Made by a program: the position numbers and the translations under genes. From positions 1 to 64,000 of the IMG/VR virus record IMGVR_UViG_3300033074_001674: DNA of 64,000 bases, one strand, 5' to 3'. The stretch's first letter is position 1. Each line of letters starts with the position of its first letter. This stretch comes from a virus (lineage: Duplodnaviria > Caudoviricetes). The notes beneath the pieces were generated by a model, which did not search any database, was not told the DNA's origin, and saw only the letters and a list, made by a program, of their open reading frames with translations. This document shows, in pieces, positions 44,637-53,816 of the stretch.

Positions 44637-45179
44637 ATGACATGTAAGTCGATTTTAACCAATTTAGGAATGATGTATGCGGTTGGCATTGATGAGGATG
44701 ACCTAATTAAAATAGAGAATGTAAAAGAGGCCGGATGTTTAGTTAGAAGCACGTCAGCATACATGGACCCAGGTGGAATGCTTTATTTAAAATCTCCAAT
44801 AATGACGTTCCAGGTACATGGAGTTAATTTCGAGGTGCGGGCCGACAAGGCAGAGGGGATGCTTAGACTGCTAGATATGGCGCTAGATTTCGGCCCATAC
44901 AAAGCGTTCCCGTGTCATATTGGCTGGATGGTTGTGCCTCCGCACATGATTGATGGAATTAGGGAAGGACTGAAGAAAATCTCCTCAAGCGACGAAGCTT
45001 TGCATGCCCAATTAGACATTGAAGAAATTTTGTCAAATTGCCCATCAATTGTAAGAATGATTCCTACGGAAATAAATATAGAGAATGAAAAGAATTGTCC
45101 AGAATGTGGTGGAGAAATGTTCTCCGCATTAGAATTGATTTGTAATAAATGCTTTGAAAAGCGACAGGGCTCGTCTTAA
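44637..45179 (+). CDS. hypothetical protein, C-terminal zinc ribbon
   Basis: CPECGG...CNKC. Confidence 0.75.
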   Translation: MTCKSILTNLGMMYAVGIDEDDLIKIENVKEAGCLVRSTSAYMDPGGMLYLKSPIMTFQVHGVNFEVRADKAEGMLRLLDMALDFGPYKAFPCHIGWMVVPPHMIDGIREGLKKISSSDEALHAQLDIEEILSNCPSIVRMIPTEINIENEKNCPECGGEMFSALELICNKCFEKRQGSS

Positions 45180-45376
45180 TGGCCTCAAATGCTATTAGAA
45201 TAATAGAGTTAACACAACGTTTAGCAAAAGCCTCTAATGAGGCGGATGAACTTTATATAGCATGGCTTAGCAAGCTAACACAAGTGAAGGAGCATGCAGA
45301 AGAACTTAAATCTTTAATAGATAAGCAATTACGCCTGCCTAATATAACGCTGGAAGGGCTGGAAATAGATGGCTGA
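45179..45376 (+). CDS. small coiled-coil protein
   Basis: TAATG coupling. Confidence 0.65.
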   Translation: MASNAIRIIELTQRLAKASNEADELYIAWLSKLTQVKEHAEELKSLIDKQLRLPNITLEGLEIDG

Positions 45377-45701
45377 TACAATTGACCCATCAGATGAAAT
45401 ACCTGAAAATCAAAAAATTGAACTTATTAAAGCAATTGAAAGAATAGAAGCAATTCTAGATAGATTAGAGCAATGTCCCGCTATTGATGCTAGAGCTAAA
45501 GATATATTAGAAATAGCCCTATCTCTAATGGTTCAGCAAGTAACAGAGAATATAGCGTGGAAACCTCTCGATATTAATTCTCTTACAGAATTAGAAGATG
45601 ATGAGGATGAGGATGTTGATGAAGATATGGATGCGCCTTCTGCAAAAGAACTAAATGACTGGCTAAAGGAGTCGTGGCCAAATGGCGAAAATGACAATTG
45701 A
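45369..45701 (+). CDS. acidic hypothetical protein
   Basis: 110 aa ORF. Confidence 0.7.
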   Translation: MADTIDPSDEIPENQKIELIKAIERIEAILDRLEQCPAIDARAKDILEIALSLMVQQVTENIAWKPLDINSLTELEDDEDEDVDEDMDAPSAKELNDWLKESWPNGENDN

Positions 45702-45814
45702 GATTAACGATGGTGGGGATGTTGATGTAAATGTAGATGGTAAATTTGACCAAATAGCAATTCTAGGTGTTCTTAGACTTATAGAGCATCGCATTTTAAC
45801 TACAGGAGACGCAG

Positions 45815-46042
45815 ATGTCAGCAGCGCCGGACAAAATAGCAATAGCTAGAATGGCCGTATTGAACGTATTGAAGGCCAGAACAAAAATGAAGCCAGAGAG
45901 AATGGCCGAGCTAGCTGACGAGATATTGGGCTCAATCTCTCATTTGATTTCCTTAAATGAATCAAGCGGCAAAAAGCTTGGTGCAGTTGTTATGACGGAA
46001 TCCGCCGCTATAGATAGTCGCATTAAGCCAAGGCAAATCTAA
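45815..46042 (+). CDS. hypothetical protein
   Basis: AGGAG RBS. Confidence 0.7.
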   Translation: MSAAPDKIAIARMAVLNVLKARTKMKPERMAELADEILGSISHLISLNESSGKKLGAVVMTESAAIDSRIKPRQI

Positions 46043-46275
46043 TGGTTAGAACAGAACAAATGGACGCAGGCCTTGCCAATTTCGCAGAAATGATAAGCGC
46101 GAAGGAAAAGGCTGCCACCAGAGCCATAGAAATGGGGCACGCAGAAATAGAGTTGTGCAAAGAGCTTCATATTAAGCTGTCCAATATAATTGCGGGCAGA
46201 TTTGGCATCGACCCATCTAAACAGAAGTTCTCTATATCTTACAAGGACAAACTGATTCAAATTGAGGATATCTAA
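46042..46275 (+). CDS. hypothetical protein
   Basis: TAATG coupling. Confidence 0.7.
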   Translation: MVRTEQMDAGLANFAEMISAKEKAATRAIEMGHAEIELCKELHIKLSNIIAGRFGIDPSKQKFSISYKDKLIQIEDI

Positions 46276-46276
46276 A

Positions 46277-46606
46277 ATGGATAGTTTGATTGAGAAAATT
46301 AATATGTTCCAAAAGAATTGGGGACACAAGAACGACGGCTACTATTTGGCCAAATTAGTAGAGGAGGTCGGAGAGGTAGCAGAAGCATTTATAGCGGATA
46401 TGTACGACAGTAAGTCTAAGCAAAAGAAAATAGAGGGTGCTGGCCAAACTGTAAGAGAGCGCCAAATAGAGGAGTCTGGAGATGTATTGCGAATGCTAAT
46501 CACGATGAACTTAAGAAGAGGAATCTCCTGGGATGAGATAATCGCTGCCTGTGAATCTAAGCTAGACAAATCGATTATTAAGAAACAGTCCGAGAAGCAA
46601 TCTTAG
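46277..46606 (+). CDS. MazG-like nucleotide pyrophosphohydrolase
   Basis: KLVEEVGEVAEA...EESGDVL. Confidence 0.85.
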   Translation: MDSLIEKINMFQKNWGHKNDGYYLAKLVEEVGEVAEAFIADMYDSKSKQKKIEGAGQTVRERQIEESGDVLRMLITMNLRRGISWDEIIAACESKLDKSIIKKQSEKQS

Positions 46607-47180
46607 AATACTCCGAATGAGTTATTGGAGCATAGACCTCCTCAAAAGTTAGAGGTCTTCTTTTTGTGTTTAACAGGACATATGTCCCCCACGTCCTTGT
46701 TAGGAACGCATATTTAATGTAGCCAATATATGAGTGGGCAATGTTCCAGTAAAACGCCCCGGCGCACGGATAGATTCTTAGTATTTTTGTGACATCCCAA
46801 CCTCTAACATACGCATCATATTCTAGTGAGAGAATTGCATTTAATGCATCTTCTAATGTTTTGGCTGGGAATTTTTTGCCTTCCAGCCACTCTTGAAATA
46901 CTGTCCATCCATCTATTATAGAGTCTATCTTGGCCATAAACCCTTCCTTCCACTGCAGGAAGTGGCCAAATTCATGTAGAAGAACGACAGATATTTCTCT
47001 CTGGTGCCAACCATCCAGCGCTATACTAATTAGCCCACCCATCTGGGTGGGGTGGAACGTACCAGCGGCTTGGCCGTTATCAATCAAGTGTTTGTTATAA
47101 CACCTTACACGGCAGCCAGATTGTTTTATGTGGGCAATTATTACTTGATTAGTCTTGCCTAGAAAGCTTCTGCCACTCAT
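46578..47180 (-). CDS. HExxH metallopeptidase-like protein
   Basis: LLHEFGHFLQ...LEYDA. Confidence 0.75.
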   Translation of the reverse strand: MSGRSFLGKTNQVIIAHIKQSGCRVRCYNKHLIDNGQAAGTFHPTQMGGLISIALDGWHQREISVVLLHEFGHFLQWKEGFMAKIDSIIDGWTVFQEWLEGKKFPAKTLEDALNAILSLEYDAYVRGWDVTKILRIYPCAGAFYWNIAHSYIGYIKYAFLTRTWGTYVLLNTKRRPLTFEEVYAPITHSEYSKIASRTVS

Positions 47181-47610
47181 TTACTAATTGCGCTCTCCTT
47201 GTATTCCATAAGGCCCATTCTTTATTGCTATGGTCAGATGCCGCATTAGAAAGAAAATGACAGAATTCATGATATGTGGACCACATTGTCATATCGTGAC
47301 TAGCCACATAAACTGTTCCATCTATATGGACACACCCATATAAGTTAGCTCCAGAACAGTCATATACATAATCATTTATCACGACAATTTCATTTGTAGG
47401 AACTTCTTTAGAATGGTCTCTTTCCCACGAATCTATATAGAACGGAATAGCACTATTAATTGCAGCTATTTCGGCGCATGAGAACGACGATTCTGCACGA
47501 ATCACAACGCCCTTATAAGAGCCTACTGTGCTTAAATAATCTCCATGCGCATATTCGCAACCGCAAAGAGATACTAGAAGAATTAATAAACTATTGATTA
47601 CCAAACGCAT
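47149..47610 (-). CDS. putative lipoprotein, zincin-like HExxH
   Basis: Signal ...SLCGC; HEFCH...DH. Confidence 0.7.
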   Translation of the reverse strand: MRLVINSLLILLVSLCGCEYAHGDYLSTVGSYKGVVIRAESSFSCAEIAAINSAIPFYIDSWERDHSKEVPTNEIVVINDYVYDCSGANLYGCVHIDGTVYVASHDMTMWSTYHEFCHFLSNAASDHSNKEWALWNTRRAQLVNEWQKLSRQD

Positions 47611-48001
47611 TAGGAGCCCTTGTAGTCATTGCTGCCTGCGAATATGACCTTGCTTGCAACTTGCTAACCGGCGTTCTCCTATCCACTTCAATATAGTGGG
47701 CTGTGACAGTAAAACTGCCGGCATTGCCTAATGCGGCACCAACTCCGCTGCCTATTGGGGTTGACATATAGCCAGCGGCAGGCGTGTCCCAAATAAATGT
47801 TCCAGAACCGCCAATCCACATATCTGGAGTTATATTCTCGTCGCCCCTGAATATCTTAATTGAATTTGTATCTGCGTCGTTGTTTGTCGCAAAAAGACCA
47901 ACAAGTCTAAGTTGAAAACCAGATTGCGCGGGGACCACATCAGCAAGAGAAGTGGTTGTAACCGTTGCAGTTGTTGATTTTACGCCGCGCATACTAAACA
48001 T
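47591..48001 (-). CDS. putative virion structural protein
   Basis: Beta-rich, G/T/S-rich; AGGAG RBS; in tail cluster. Confidence 0.65.
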   Translation of the reverse strand: MFSMRGVKSTTATVTTTSLADVVPAQSGFQLRLVGLFATNNDADTNSIKIFRGDENITPDMWIGGSGTFIWDTPAAGYMSTPIGSGVGAALGNAGSFTVTAHYIEVDRRTPVSKLQARSYSQAAMTTRAPNAFGNQ

Positions 48002-48018
48002 ATATTGCTCCTACTAGG

Positions 48019-48027
48019 TAGATACAC
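48019..48027 (-). promoter_or_regulatory. candidate late promoter GTGTATCTA
   Basis: GTGTAT core recurs in intergenic gaps upstream of structural genes. Confidence 0.4.
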
Positions 48028-48486
48028 TTAGTCGGAAATCCTAATTAAAGATATGCCAGTAAGACATTGGTCAGTTCCTAGAATGTCTGGCAGTGACGAA
48101 TCATTCTGTTGAACATAAAGTTCAACGTACTGTCCATCCCAAATTGGCATAACAGGAGATATAACTGATAATTGTGCCTGAATAGTGTTATTAGGAGTCA
48201 ACTTTCCGCAAGTTGGCCTAATTTCATCAGAAGGACCTTTTCTAATTTGAACTAAAAATCCATTATTAATTACAGACAAAGTTGCATGTGCCTGAACAAT
48301 GTATTTCCCTCCAAAACCAGGAGGAATGGTCAATCTGGATTGACTAATATCTGGGTTAAAAAATCCCCAGGGGTCATCTATAACATCTGTGCCGCTAAAT
48401 GAAACAGCTACTGCATTTGCGTTAGCTGAACCTTGATTCTCCCTTTTTAAAAGCGTTGCAGCAATCCGCTTGTTCCTAATAATCAT
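48028..48486 (-). CDS. C1q/TNF-like beta-sandwich virion protein
   Basis: F.....D..GFF.....RLTIP...GKY.V...GQYVELYV.Q. Confidence 0.72.
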   Translation of the reverse strand: MIIRNKRIAATLLKRENQGSANANAVAVSFSGTDVIDDPWGFFNPDISQSRLTIPPGFGGKYIVQAHATLSVINNGFLVQIRKGPSDEIRPTCGKLTPNNTIQAQLSVISPVMPIWDGQYVELYVQQNDSSLPDILGTDQCLTGISLIRISD

Positions 48487-48956
48487 TAATCGTCCATCCT
48501 GAATATCCCCAAAAATGTTGTTTCTTCATTAAGTTGCTTGGGAATTCCGCCATTTTGATAGACTGTCAAAACAGCATAATCTCCGCCGCTCATTGGAACA
48601 TTTGGTAATGTGGCTATGACAGCATCCTCCATTCCTGTTATTTCGTGTGCAGTCATCATCTCATTGTGTTGAGATTGATATATAATAGTGCCTGAATTGT
48701 TGCAAACTCTAACGACTGAATGCATAACTCCTGCAAGCCCGTTTTGCATACCTATACCTCCACAAATATAGAAATCTCCAACAATTCCCGTAGGAACTGT
48801 AAGCCTTTCTGGATTTGCAGAAGAGTTCCAGAATTGATTGGTATCAAACACAGCATCATCCCAAATAATATCGTAAACATCGTTATGTGAGACACTAACA
48901 GATGTCGCTCTTCTTGCTAATGCGCCTACTCCACTTCTAAACACATGAGTAATCAC
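48486..48956 (-). CDS. C1q/TNF-like beta-sandwich virion protein
   Basis: WD...FDTN.FW.....RLTVP...G.FY...GDY..L.VYQ. Confidence 0.72.
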   Translation of the reverse strand: MITHVFRSGVGALARRATSVSVSHNDVYDIIWDDAVFDTNQFWNSSANPERLTVPTGIVGDFYICGGIGMQNGLAGVMHSVVRVCNNSGTIIYQSQHNEMMTAHEITGMEDAVIATLPNVPMSGGDYAVLTVYQNGGIPKQLNEETTFLGIFRMDD

Positions 48957-49459
48957 TGAGCTATTTTCCTAACTAAAAAGTGCGTGATTGGCAATGTTGT
49001 ACTGAAAAAATTGGCCCCTCCGGGATAATTTCCTTCTCCAATACATCCGGTTGCGCCAGTCGTGCTGTGCCAAATTGTTGGATAAACTGTATCTCCGGGA
49101 GATAATTTGACTAACGCAAAAACATTCGCGGCCCAAGGGCCGGAGTTGTCGCTGCTAATTCTCATGCAATCAGAGCTTAATATTCTGTAATAATTACCTG
49201 CTGAGTTTGCATGCACCAATTTAACTTCCATTTTATCATCAGATGTAAAAGGCGCACCAAACCCCAACTGTGTGCAAAAATTTATTAGATAGTATCCTTC
49301 TCCATCATCTGGGATTAAACATCCAGTTACAGATGCAGAGTATAGCCCGCCATCATCTCTAATTAGGTCCCTTGACGTATTCCAATGTACAAGCCCAGAT
49401 TGATTAGCGGCAAAGCTTTGCCATTCGTGTTTTTGCATATAAAGACAATGTTTAGCCAT
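48953..49459 (-). CDS. C1q/TNF-like beta-sandwich virion protein
   Basis: W......DDGGLY....IP...EGYYLI...L.PGDTV. Confidence 0.7.
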   Translation of the reverse strand: MAKHCLYMQKHEWQSFAANQSGLVHWNTSRDLIRDDGGLYSASVTGCLIPDDGEGYYLINFCTQLGFGAPFTSDDKMEVKLVHANSAGNYYRILSSDCMRISSDNSGPWAANVFALVKLSPGDTVYPTIWHSTTGATGCIGEGNYPGGANFFSTTLPITHFLVRKIAQ

Positions 49460-51137
49460 CGCTTAATGCCTCATATGAAGCAACAATTTGCGTAGGGCTA
49501 TAATTCATTAGACTAAACATATATGTAACACCAGACCCGAGTGTGGCTGGCCTACTGCCCAACCATTTGATTGACGAATCAAAGGTGACGCCAACGGTGC
49601 CAACCGCTGTAACGAATAGCTGCTTCTCGCTTGATAGGTAGCTTAAGTTATAAGGAGTAAACAATCCAGTTGTCGAAACTGAGAAAGTTTGCACCTTCGC
49701 ACCTTGCATATCTATGCGTAGGTCGCCAGAAATTGAGCCAGAAGAGGCTATCTGGCAAGCAGTATTGCTAAGCAGTAGCTGTGCTGGAGATTTTGTCTCT
49801 GGGTTAAACAAAGCAAGCTTTGTGTACGAGCCAGAAGGCAAAATACCGATACTAGCTACTGAGAAAGCCGCTGGATGGGTCGCAGAATCTGCAGACCAAC
49901 AAATGCCGGCATCTCCATTTAATTTTATTGATTCATAATTAATGTTGTTTGTAATTGAGAAATCATTGCTGTAATATGTGATTCCTCCAGCCTTGGCCAG
50001 GACGCTAGCAGCCCTAACAACTGAAGTATTAACATCTCGTATATATATATCTCTGCAAGAAATATCTGCTCCTCCATTAATACCGCTAACTGCAAGGGCA
50101 TTTCCATTTCCAGATGGGCCAATTATTAATTCTGGACCAAGACGAATTAGGCTAGGACCTATACCTCCGCCATCTCTAAGAATAAGAGCGCCATTAAGGT
50201 CTGAAGCCAACATAGTTCCACTAGCAGTTTCGGCTCCAATAACCAATCCTGTAGGATAAATTGTAGAAGACGAGCCGCCGCCACCTGTTATATTATGCGT
50301 TCCAAGAACTGTTAGGTCTCCAACAGTCAGACTAGCTGGACCACTTGTTGATGGATTTGTTAGGGCCAGCGAGCCAACCCCAGAGCGGACAATCGCAGAA
50401 TCCAAGTCTGTCGGCGCAAAACTAGACATATCCTCGACAGATGACCACATTAGGCTCAATCCGGAGCCAAACAGCAGCCCTCCTCTACCTGCTTCCTCTC
50501 CCCAATATCTATTGGGAGTAAGGACATATCTATATGTAGAATCAATTAGCGCGACATTTCTAGATGAGCTGCCAATACTCACTTCCCCTGAGGTAACTGC
50601 CATAGCGAGCTGATTATTAATTGAAATATCAACTTCATTTCCATCAAATGGCGCCCTAATATATCTTACTTTGATGCTGCTATCTGATGCTGACGCGCTT
50701 CCATGACCAACAATTATCAATGAGCCATTCTCATCAGAGCGCAACTCTACTCCGCTAAGCACTGGAGACGTTGGGCCAAGCAAAATTCCAGTAGAGGATA
50801 CAGACGTAGATGCTCCGCCAGTAATATTGTGGCTACCAAGAACAGTTAGGTCACCGACAGTTAGGTTGGCTGGACCACTTGTAATTGGATTAGTTAATGC
50901 TAGAGAGCTAACGCCAGACCGACCAATAATGATATCTGGCAATCCACCTGGATTACTATTGGAGGAGAAGCGAATAAAGGCCCCAGAAGCCATAGCTAAA
51001 ACATCGCCGTCATCAACCAGAATGCCAGATGCAGAGCCAGTCCTGTCTCCAGCGCCCAAAGTTGATTGCAACGTATCAATTACGTTGCCGCCTCCGCCGC
51101 CTGCGCTTGGTGATACTGGTCCAACTATACTACTCAT
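49452..51137 (-). CDS. tail fibre-like protein
   Basis: 561 aa, G/S-rich, internal repeat, C-terminal F...IKW.G..P domain. Confidence 0.75.
   Translation of the reverse strand: MSSIVGPVSPSAGGGGGNVIDTLQSTLGAGDRTGSASGILVDDGDVLAMASGAFIRFSSNSNPGGLPDIIIGRSGVSSLALTNPITSGPANLTVGDLTVLGSHNITGGASTSVSSTGILLGPTSPVLSGVELRSDENGSLIIVGHGSASASDSSIKVRYIRAPFDGNEVDISINNQLAMAVTSGEVSIGSSSRNVALIDSTYRYVLTPNRYWGEEAGRGGLLFGSGLSLMWSSVEDMSSFAPTDLDSAIVRSGVGSLALTNPSTSGPASLTVGDLTVLGTHNITGGGGSSSTIYPTGLVIGAETASGTMLASDLNGALILRDGGGIGPSLIRLGPELIIGPSGNGNALAVSGINGGADISCRDIYIRDVNTSVVRAASVLAKAGGITYYSNDFSITNNINYESIKLNGDAGICWSADSATHPAAFSVASIGILPSGSYTKLALFNPETKSPAQLLLSNTACQIASSGSISGDLRIDMQGAKVQTFSVSTTGLFTPYNLSYLSSEKQLFVTAVGTVGVTFDSSIKWLGSRPATLGSGVTYMFSLMNYSPTQIVASYEALSDG
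50281..50922 (-). repeat. 36-aa internal repeat, 2 copies (~50814-50922 and ~50281-50388)
   Basis: RSGVSSLALTNPITSGPANLTVGDLTVLGSHNITGG vs RSGVGSLALTNPSTSGPASLTVGDLTVLGTHNITGG. Confidence 0.9.
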
Positions 51138-51160
51138 TCGCGCCCCTTATCTATAGGGAT

Positions 51161-51168
51161 TAATACAC
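51161..51168 (-). promoter_or_regulatory. candidate late promoter GTGTATTA
   Basis: 24 nt upstream of fibre gene start; identical 8-mer at 53182-53189. Confidence 0.5.
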
Positions 51169-51201
51169 GCGCAATGGACCGTGACACTAATATGACTGGA
51201 A

Positions 51202-51564
51202 TTACGCTGTTCCGACACCGCTCGGGGTAACGTCGGTATCTGTCGTGCCATCGGTGGCTCCAACAGCCTCTCCAGCGACGCTATAAATTGTCCATGCGTC
51301 TGGATGGAATAGCTTGCGCTCTGTAGAAGTCAAATTAGCTCCAAGAGAGCCAGTTGCAACCATATGGGAAGCTGAAACGTGACGGCCCTCATTGCGAACA
51401 ACATTAAGCTCTAGCTGTCCCCATTCGTTATCCGTCACGGTAAATTTCGCACGTTCTACGCTATTGTCTGCTGTTTGCTGGGATAGAGAAAGGCCACTTG
51501 TAAAAGTGTTTCCTCCGTGCCTGCCAAATGTTAGTCCAAAAACTGGATATGTGTAGCTACTCAT
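51202..51564 (-). CDS. putative virion protein
   Basis: T/S/G-rich, coupled in structural cluster. Confidence 0.65.
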   Translation of the reverse strand: MSSYTYPVFGLTFGRHGGNTFTSGLSLSQQTADNSVERAKFTVTDNEWGQLELNVVRNEGRHVSASHMVATGSLGANLTSTERKLFHPDAWTIYSVAGEAVGATDGTTDTDVTPSGVGTA

Positions 51565-51941
51565 TAGCTGCCGAATATCCTTTCAATGACTGTGTCATCT
51601 AGGCTTTCTGTCACTTTGACAGTCGGCTGCTGAGAAACTACAGATAAATCTAATTTATCGTTTGATACAGTTGGGGCGGGGATAGTTTCCCCTGGCACAA
51701 CAAACACGCGCTCGATAAGTGAGCCATCCTCAGAGCTAGTTAATTTGGTTGAATTACTGCCCTTGACAAGGGTGACTTCCTCCTCTTCATAGGCTGCAAT
51801 TACTGGCGCTGGACGGACATATACTGTAGTTTCAATGTCTGCTTGGGTCCCAGCCTCGTTTACAGTAATCGCCTGTCCTAAATTTCTATAGGAGTGGTTA
51901 ATTGGAGTAATTTTGCTGCCATCAGAATTGCGGCTACCCAT
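51564..51941 (-). CDS. putative virion protein
   Basis: V/T/E-rich, TAATG coupling. Confidence 0.65.
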   Translation of the reverse strand: MGSRNSDGSKITPINHSYRNLGQAITVNEAGTQADIETTVYVRPAPVIAAYEEEEVTLVKGSNSTKLTSSEDGSLIERVFVVPGETIPAPTVSNDKLDLSVVSQQPTVKVTESLDDTVIERIFGS

Positions 51942-52447
51942 TACTCGCTATTGGCCTTTCTCTCGACAACTTCATCAGTCACAGACTGACCCTCTACAAC
52001 CTTATTGCCTGTATGGCGTATGGCCAATTGTGGCACGTTCGGAACTAGATAGTCAGGGACCACAGCATCGGTCTGATTATCGCCGAGGTCCACAATCACA
52101 GCCCGAGAAGCGGCGGCATTATCAGCATCGCTTGGCACGCGGTCCACTATATTGGTGCGGGCCATCATTGTGACGCCCCAAACCAAATTCTCATGATATT
52201 CTACAGTATTGTCATCCTTGACAATCGAGCCAGACCCTATGGCGCGGTCATCCTCTCGAACAACCTTGCCGCCAACAGTGTCATTTGTGGCGTATGTTTC
52301 TGTAATTAAAACAGGCCGCTTCCTAAATGTTATGGAAGTCTTTGGTACTACAGGTGTTAATGTTCCAGATAAAGAACCCATTAGGCAGGCCATCCTTTCG
52401 CCACCAGGTAAAGAACTGGTATTATTCCAGAACCTATAATTACCCAC
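51941..52447 (-). CDS. putative virion protein
   Basis: V/T/D-rich; start uncertain. Confidence 0.6.
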   Translation of the reverse strand: MGNYRFWNNTSSLPGGERMACLMGSLSGTLTPVVPKTSITFRKRPVLITETYATNDTVGGKVVREDDRAIGSGSIVKDDNTVEYHENLVWGVTMMARTNIVDRVPSDADNAAASRAVIVDLGDNQTDAVVPDYLVPNVPQLAIRHTGNKVVEGQSVTDEVVERKANSE

Positions 52448-52674
52448 TGGACGCGTATTGATGTTATAAGTTCAGACAACTTAGATGTTATCTTAGATTC
52501 GGACTCGGCAACCCTCTTGTCCGCTCCACCAATTTTAGACACCATATCTTTCATAAGGTGAGTCTGTGCAGCCATTTCTAAGCGGACGCCCTGTAATTGA
52601 TGCGTGTTTTCCCTAAGAGCGTCTATATGCGCTTGGGCTAGAAGCTCTTGGGTATTGCTAGTTGCTGGAGGCAT
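52381..52674 (-). CDS. coiled-coil protein with C-terminal TM
   Basis: Heptad-like region then WVIIGSGIIPVLYLV. Confidence 0.7.
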   Translation of the reverse strand: MPPATSNTQELLAQAHIDALRENTHQLQGVRLEMAAQTHLMKDMVSKIGGADKRVAESESKITSKLSELITSIRVQWVIIGSGIIPVLYLVAKGWPA

Positions 52675-52678
52675 TTAA

Positions 52679-53122
52679 CTAGCTCTTGCGATATCTCAGG
52701 CCAACCCGTGCATTAACTTCATAATCAGTAACGCCAGGGCTTAGCGCAGAGCTTACCGAATAATGAACCTGTAGAACATCTCCACTAGCAAGTGCAACCT
52801 CGCTATTATCTTCGGTATGCCAGAACTTGCTAGCTACAGCGGGCACGGCACTGTTAAGTACGCCGCTATGGACTAGCGCACCATTCTGGTGAAGTGCAAC
52901 GGAGAGCGTTCCGGCAGTTAGCGCAGGGCTAACATTTACCACCATAAAATCCAGGAGCCCATTTTCAGGAGTCACGAATCTATTGGTGCCAGCAGCAGTC
53001 GCGGCAGTAGAGTGCCCAACTACGCCAGAAAGTGAGCCGACGCCTACACTCAGGACATCATAGCCTCTAACGGCTGGCTTGCCAAGTAGTTCTTTATTAC
53101 GACGCTTATACTCTTTGCCCAT
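52679..53122 (-). CDS. putative virion structural/decoration protein
   Basis: GGAGG RBS before ATG 53122; beta-sandwich pattern (L..GD.L.V). Confidence 0.7.
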   Translation of the reverse strand: MGKEYKRRNKELLGKPAVRGYDVLSVGVGSLSGVVGHSTAATAAGTNRFVTPENGLLDFMVVNVSPALTAGTLSVALHQNGALVHSGVLNSAVPAVASKFWHTEDNSEVALASGDVLQVHYSVSSALSPGVTDYEVNARVGLRYRKS

Positions 53123-53181
53123 TGATTCCTCCAGCAACGATTTCTGCAAAAGCAGAACTGCAATGTTTTACGCTGCTAGAA

Positions 53182-53189
53182 TAATACAC
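53182..53189 (-). promoter_or_regulatory. candidate late promoter GTGTATTA
   Basis: Intergenic, at the head of the structural cluster. Confidence 0.5.
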
Positions 53190-53205
53190 CAGAGGAGTCA
53201 ATTAG

Positions 53206-53634
53206 CTACCAGCCAAGCATCACCTTAAACGCACGTTCAAGGGCCAACTTTAGCAAAACCGCTTCATCCCACGATATAGGGAGAGAAACGGCTACGGGCT
53301 GACCACCACCCTCCTGGGCCGAGGCTCTAAGATAATATCCATTATCTTGCGCAGCAACCTTTACAATTTTATTACCTTTCTCATTCTTATGGAAAAGCTC
53401 TAGAGCAGGGCCGCCAGCTAGCAGCAAAAGGAACTTGCCAATATCTGCCTGGCCTAATTTTACAATTATCTTAGAATCCCAATCATAAGGGCGAACATCA
53501 TCTTTAGGCCTAATCTGATTGGCTAATTCTAGGAAAACACAGTCCTTTTTAGACCCGAGCTGAAATTGTGCGGCTGAGCCGGTGCCCTTTGAATTGGCCT
53601 TATAAATACAAAATGCTTCATGATACTTCGCCAT
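53206..53634 (-). CDS. Whirly-like ssDNA-binding protein
   Basis: F.IYK, VFLELA, YDW..K..V.L...DIG, LFH, VSLPIS..E..LL resemble the Whirly domain pattern. Confidence 0.68.
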   Translation of the reverse strand: MAKYHEAFCIYKANSKGTGSAAQFQLGSKKDCVFLELANQIRPKDDVRPYDWDSKIIVKLGQADIGKFLLLLAGGPALELFHKNEKGNKIVKVAAQDNGYYLRASAQEGGGQPVAVSLPISWDEAVLLKLALERAFKVMLGW

Positions 53635-53816
53635 TACTTAAACTTCGCTTTCACACAAGGACAAATTACTTTCTTTCCATATGCAAAGATTCCATCACTA
53701 ATTGATGGTTGCCAATAGAAAGTTCCAGTGCCATTGCACTGTTTGCAGTTCTTTTTAGGCTTAGCTACCGCCTTTTTGGATTCTTGTAGCTTTTCCTGAC
53801 CTTTAAAAATCTTCAC
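53634..53816 (-). CDS. small zinc-finger protein
   Basis: CKQCNGTG...CPC. Confidence 0.7.
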   Translation of the reverse strand: MKIFKGQEKLQESKKAVAKPKKNCKQCNGTGTFYWQPSISDGIFAYGKKVICPCVKAKFK

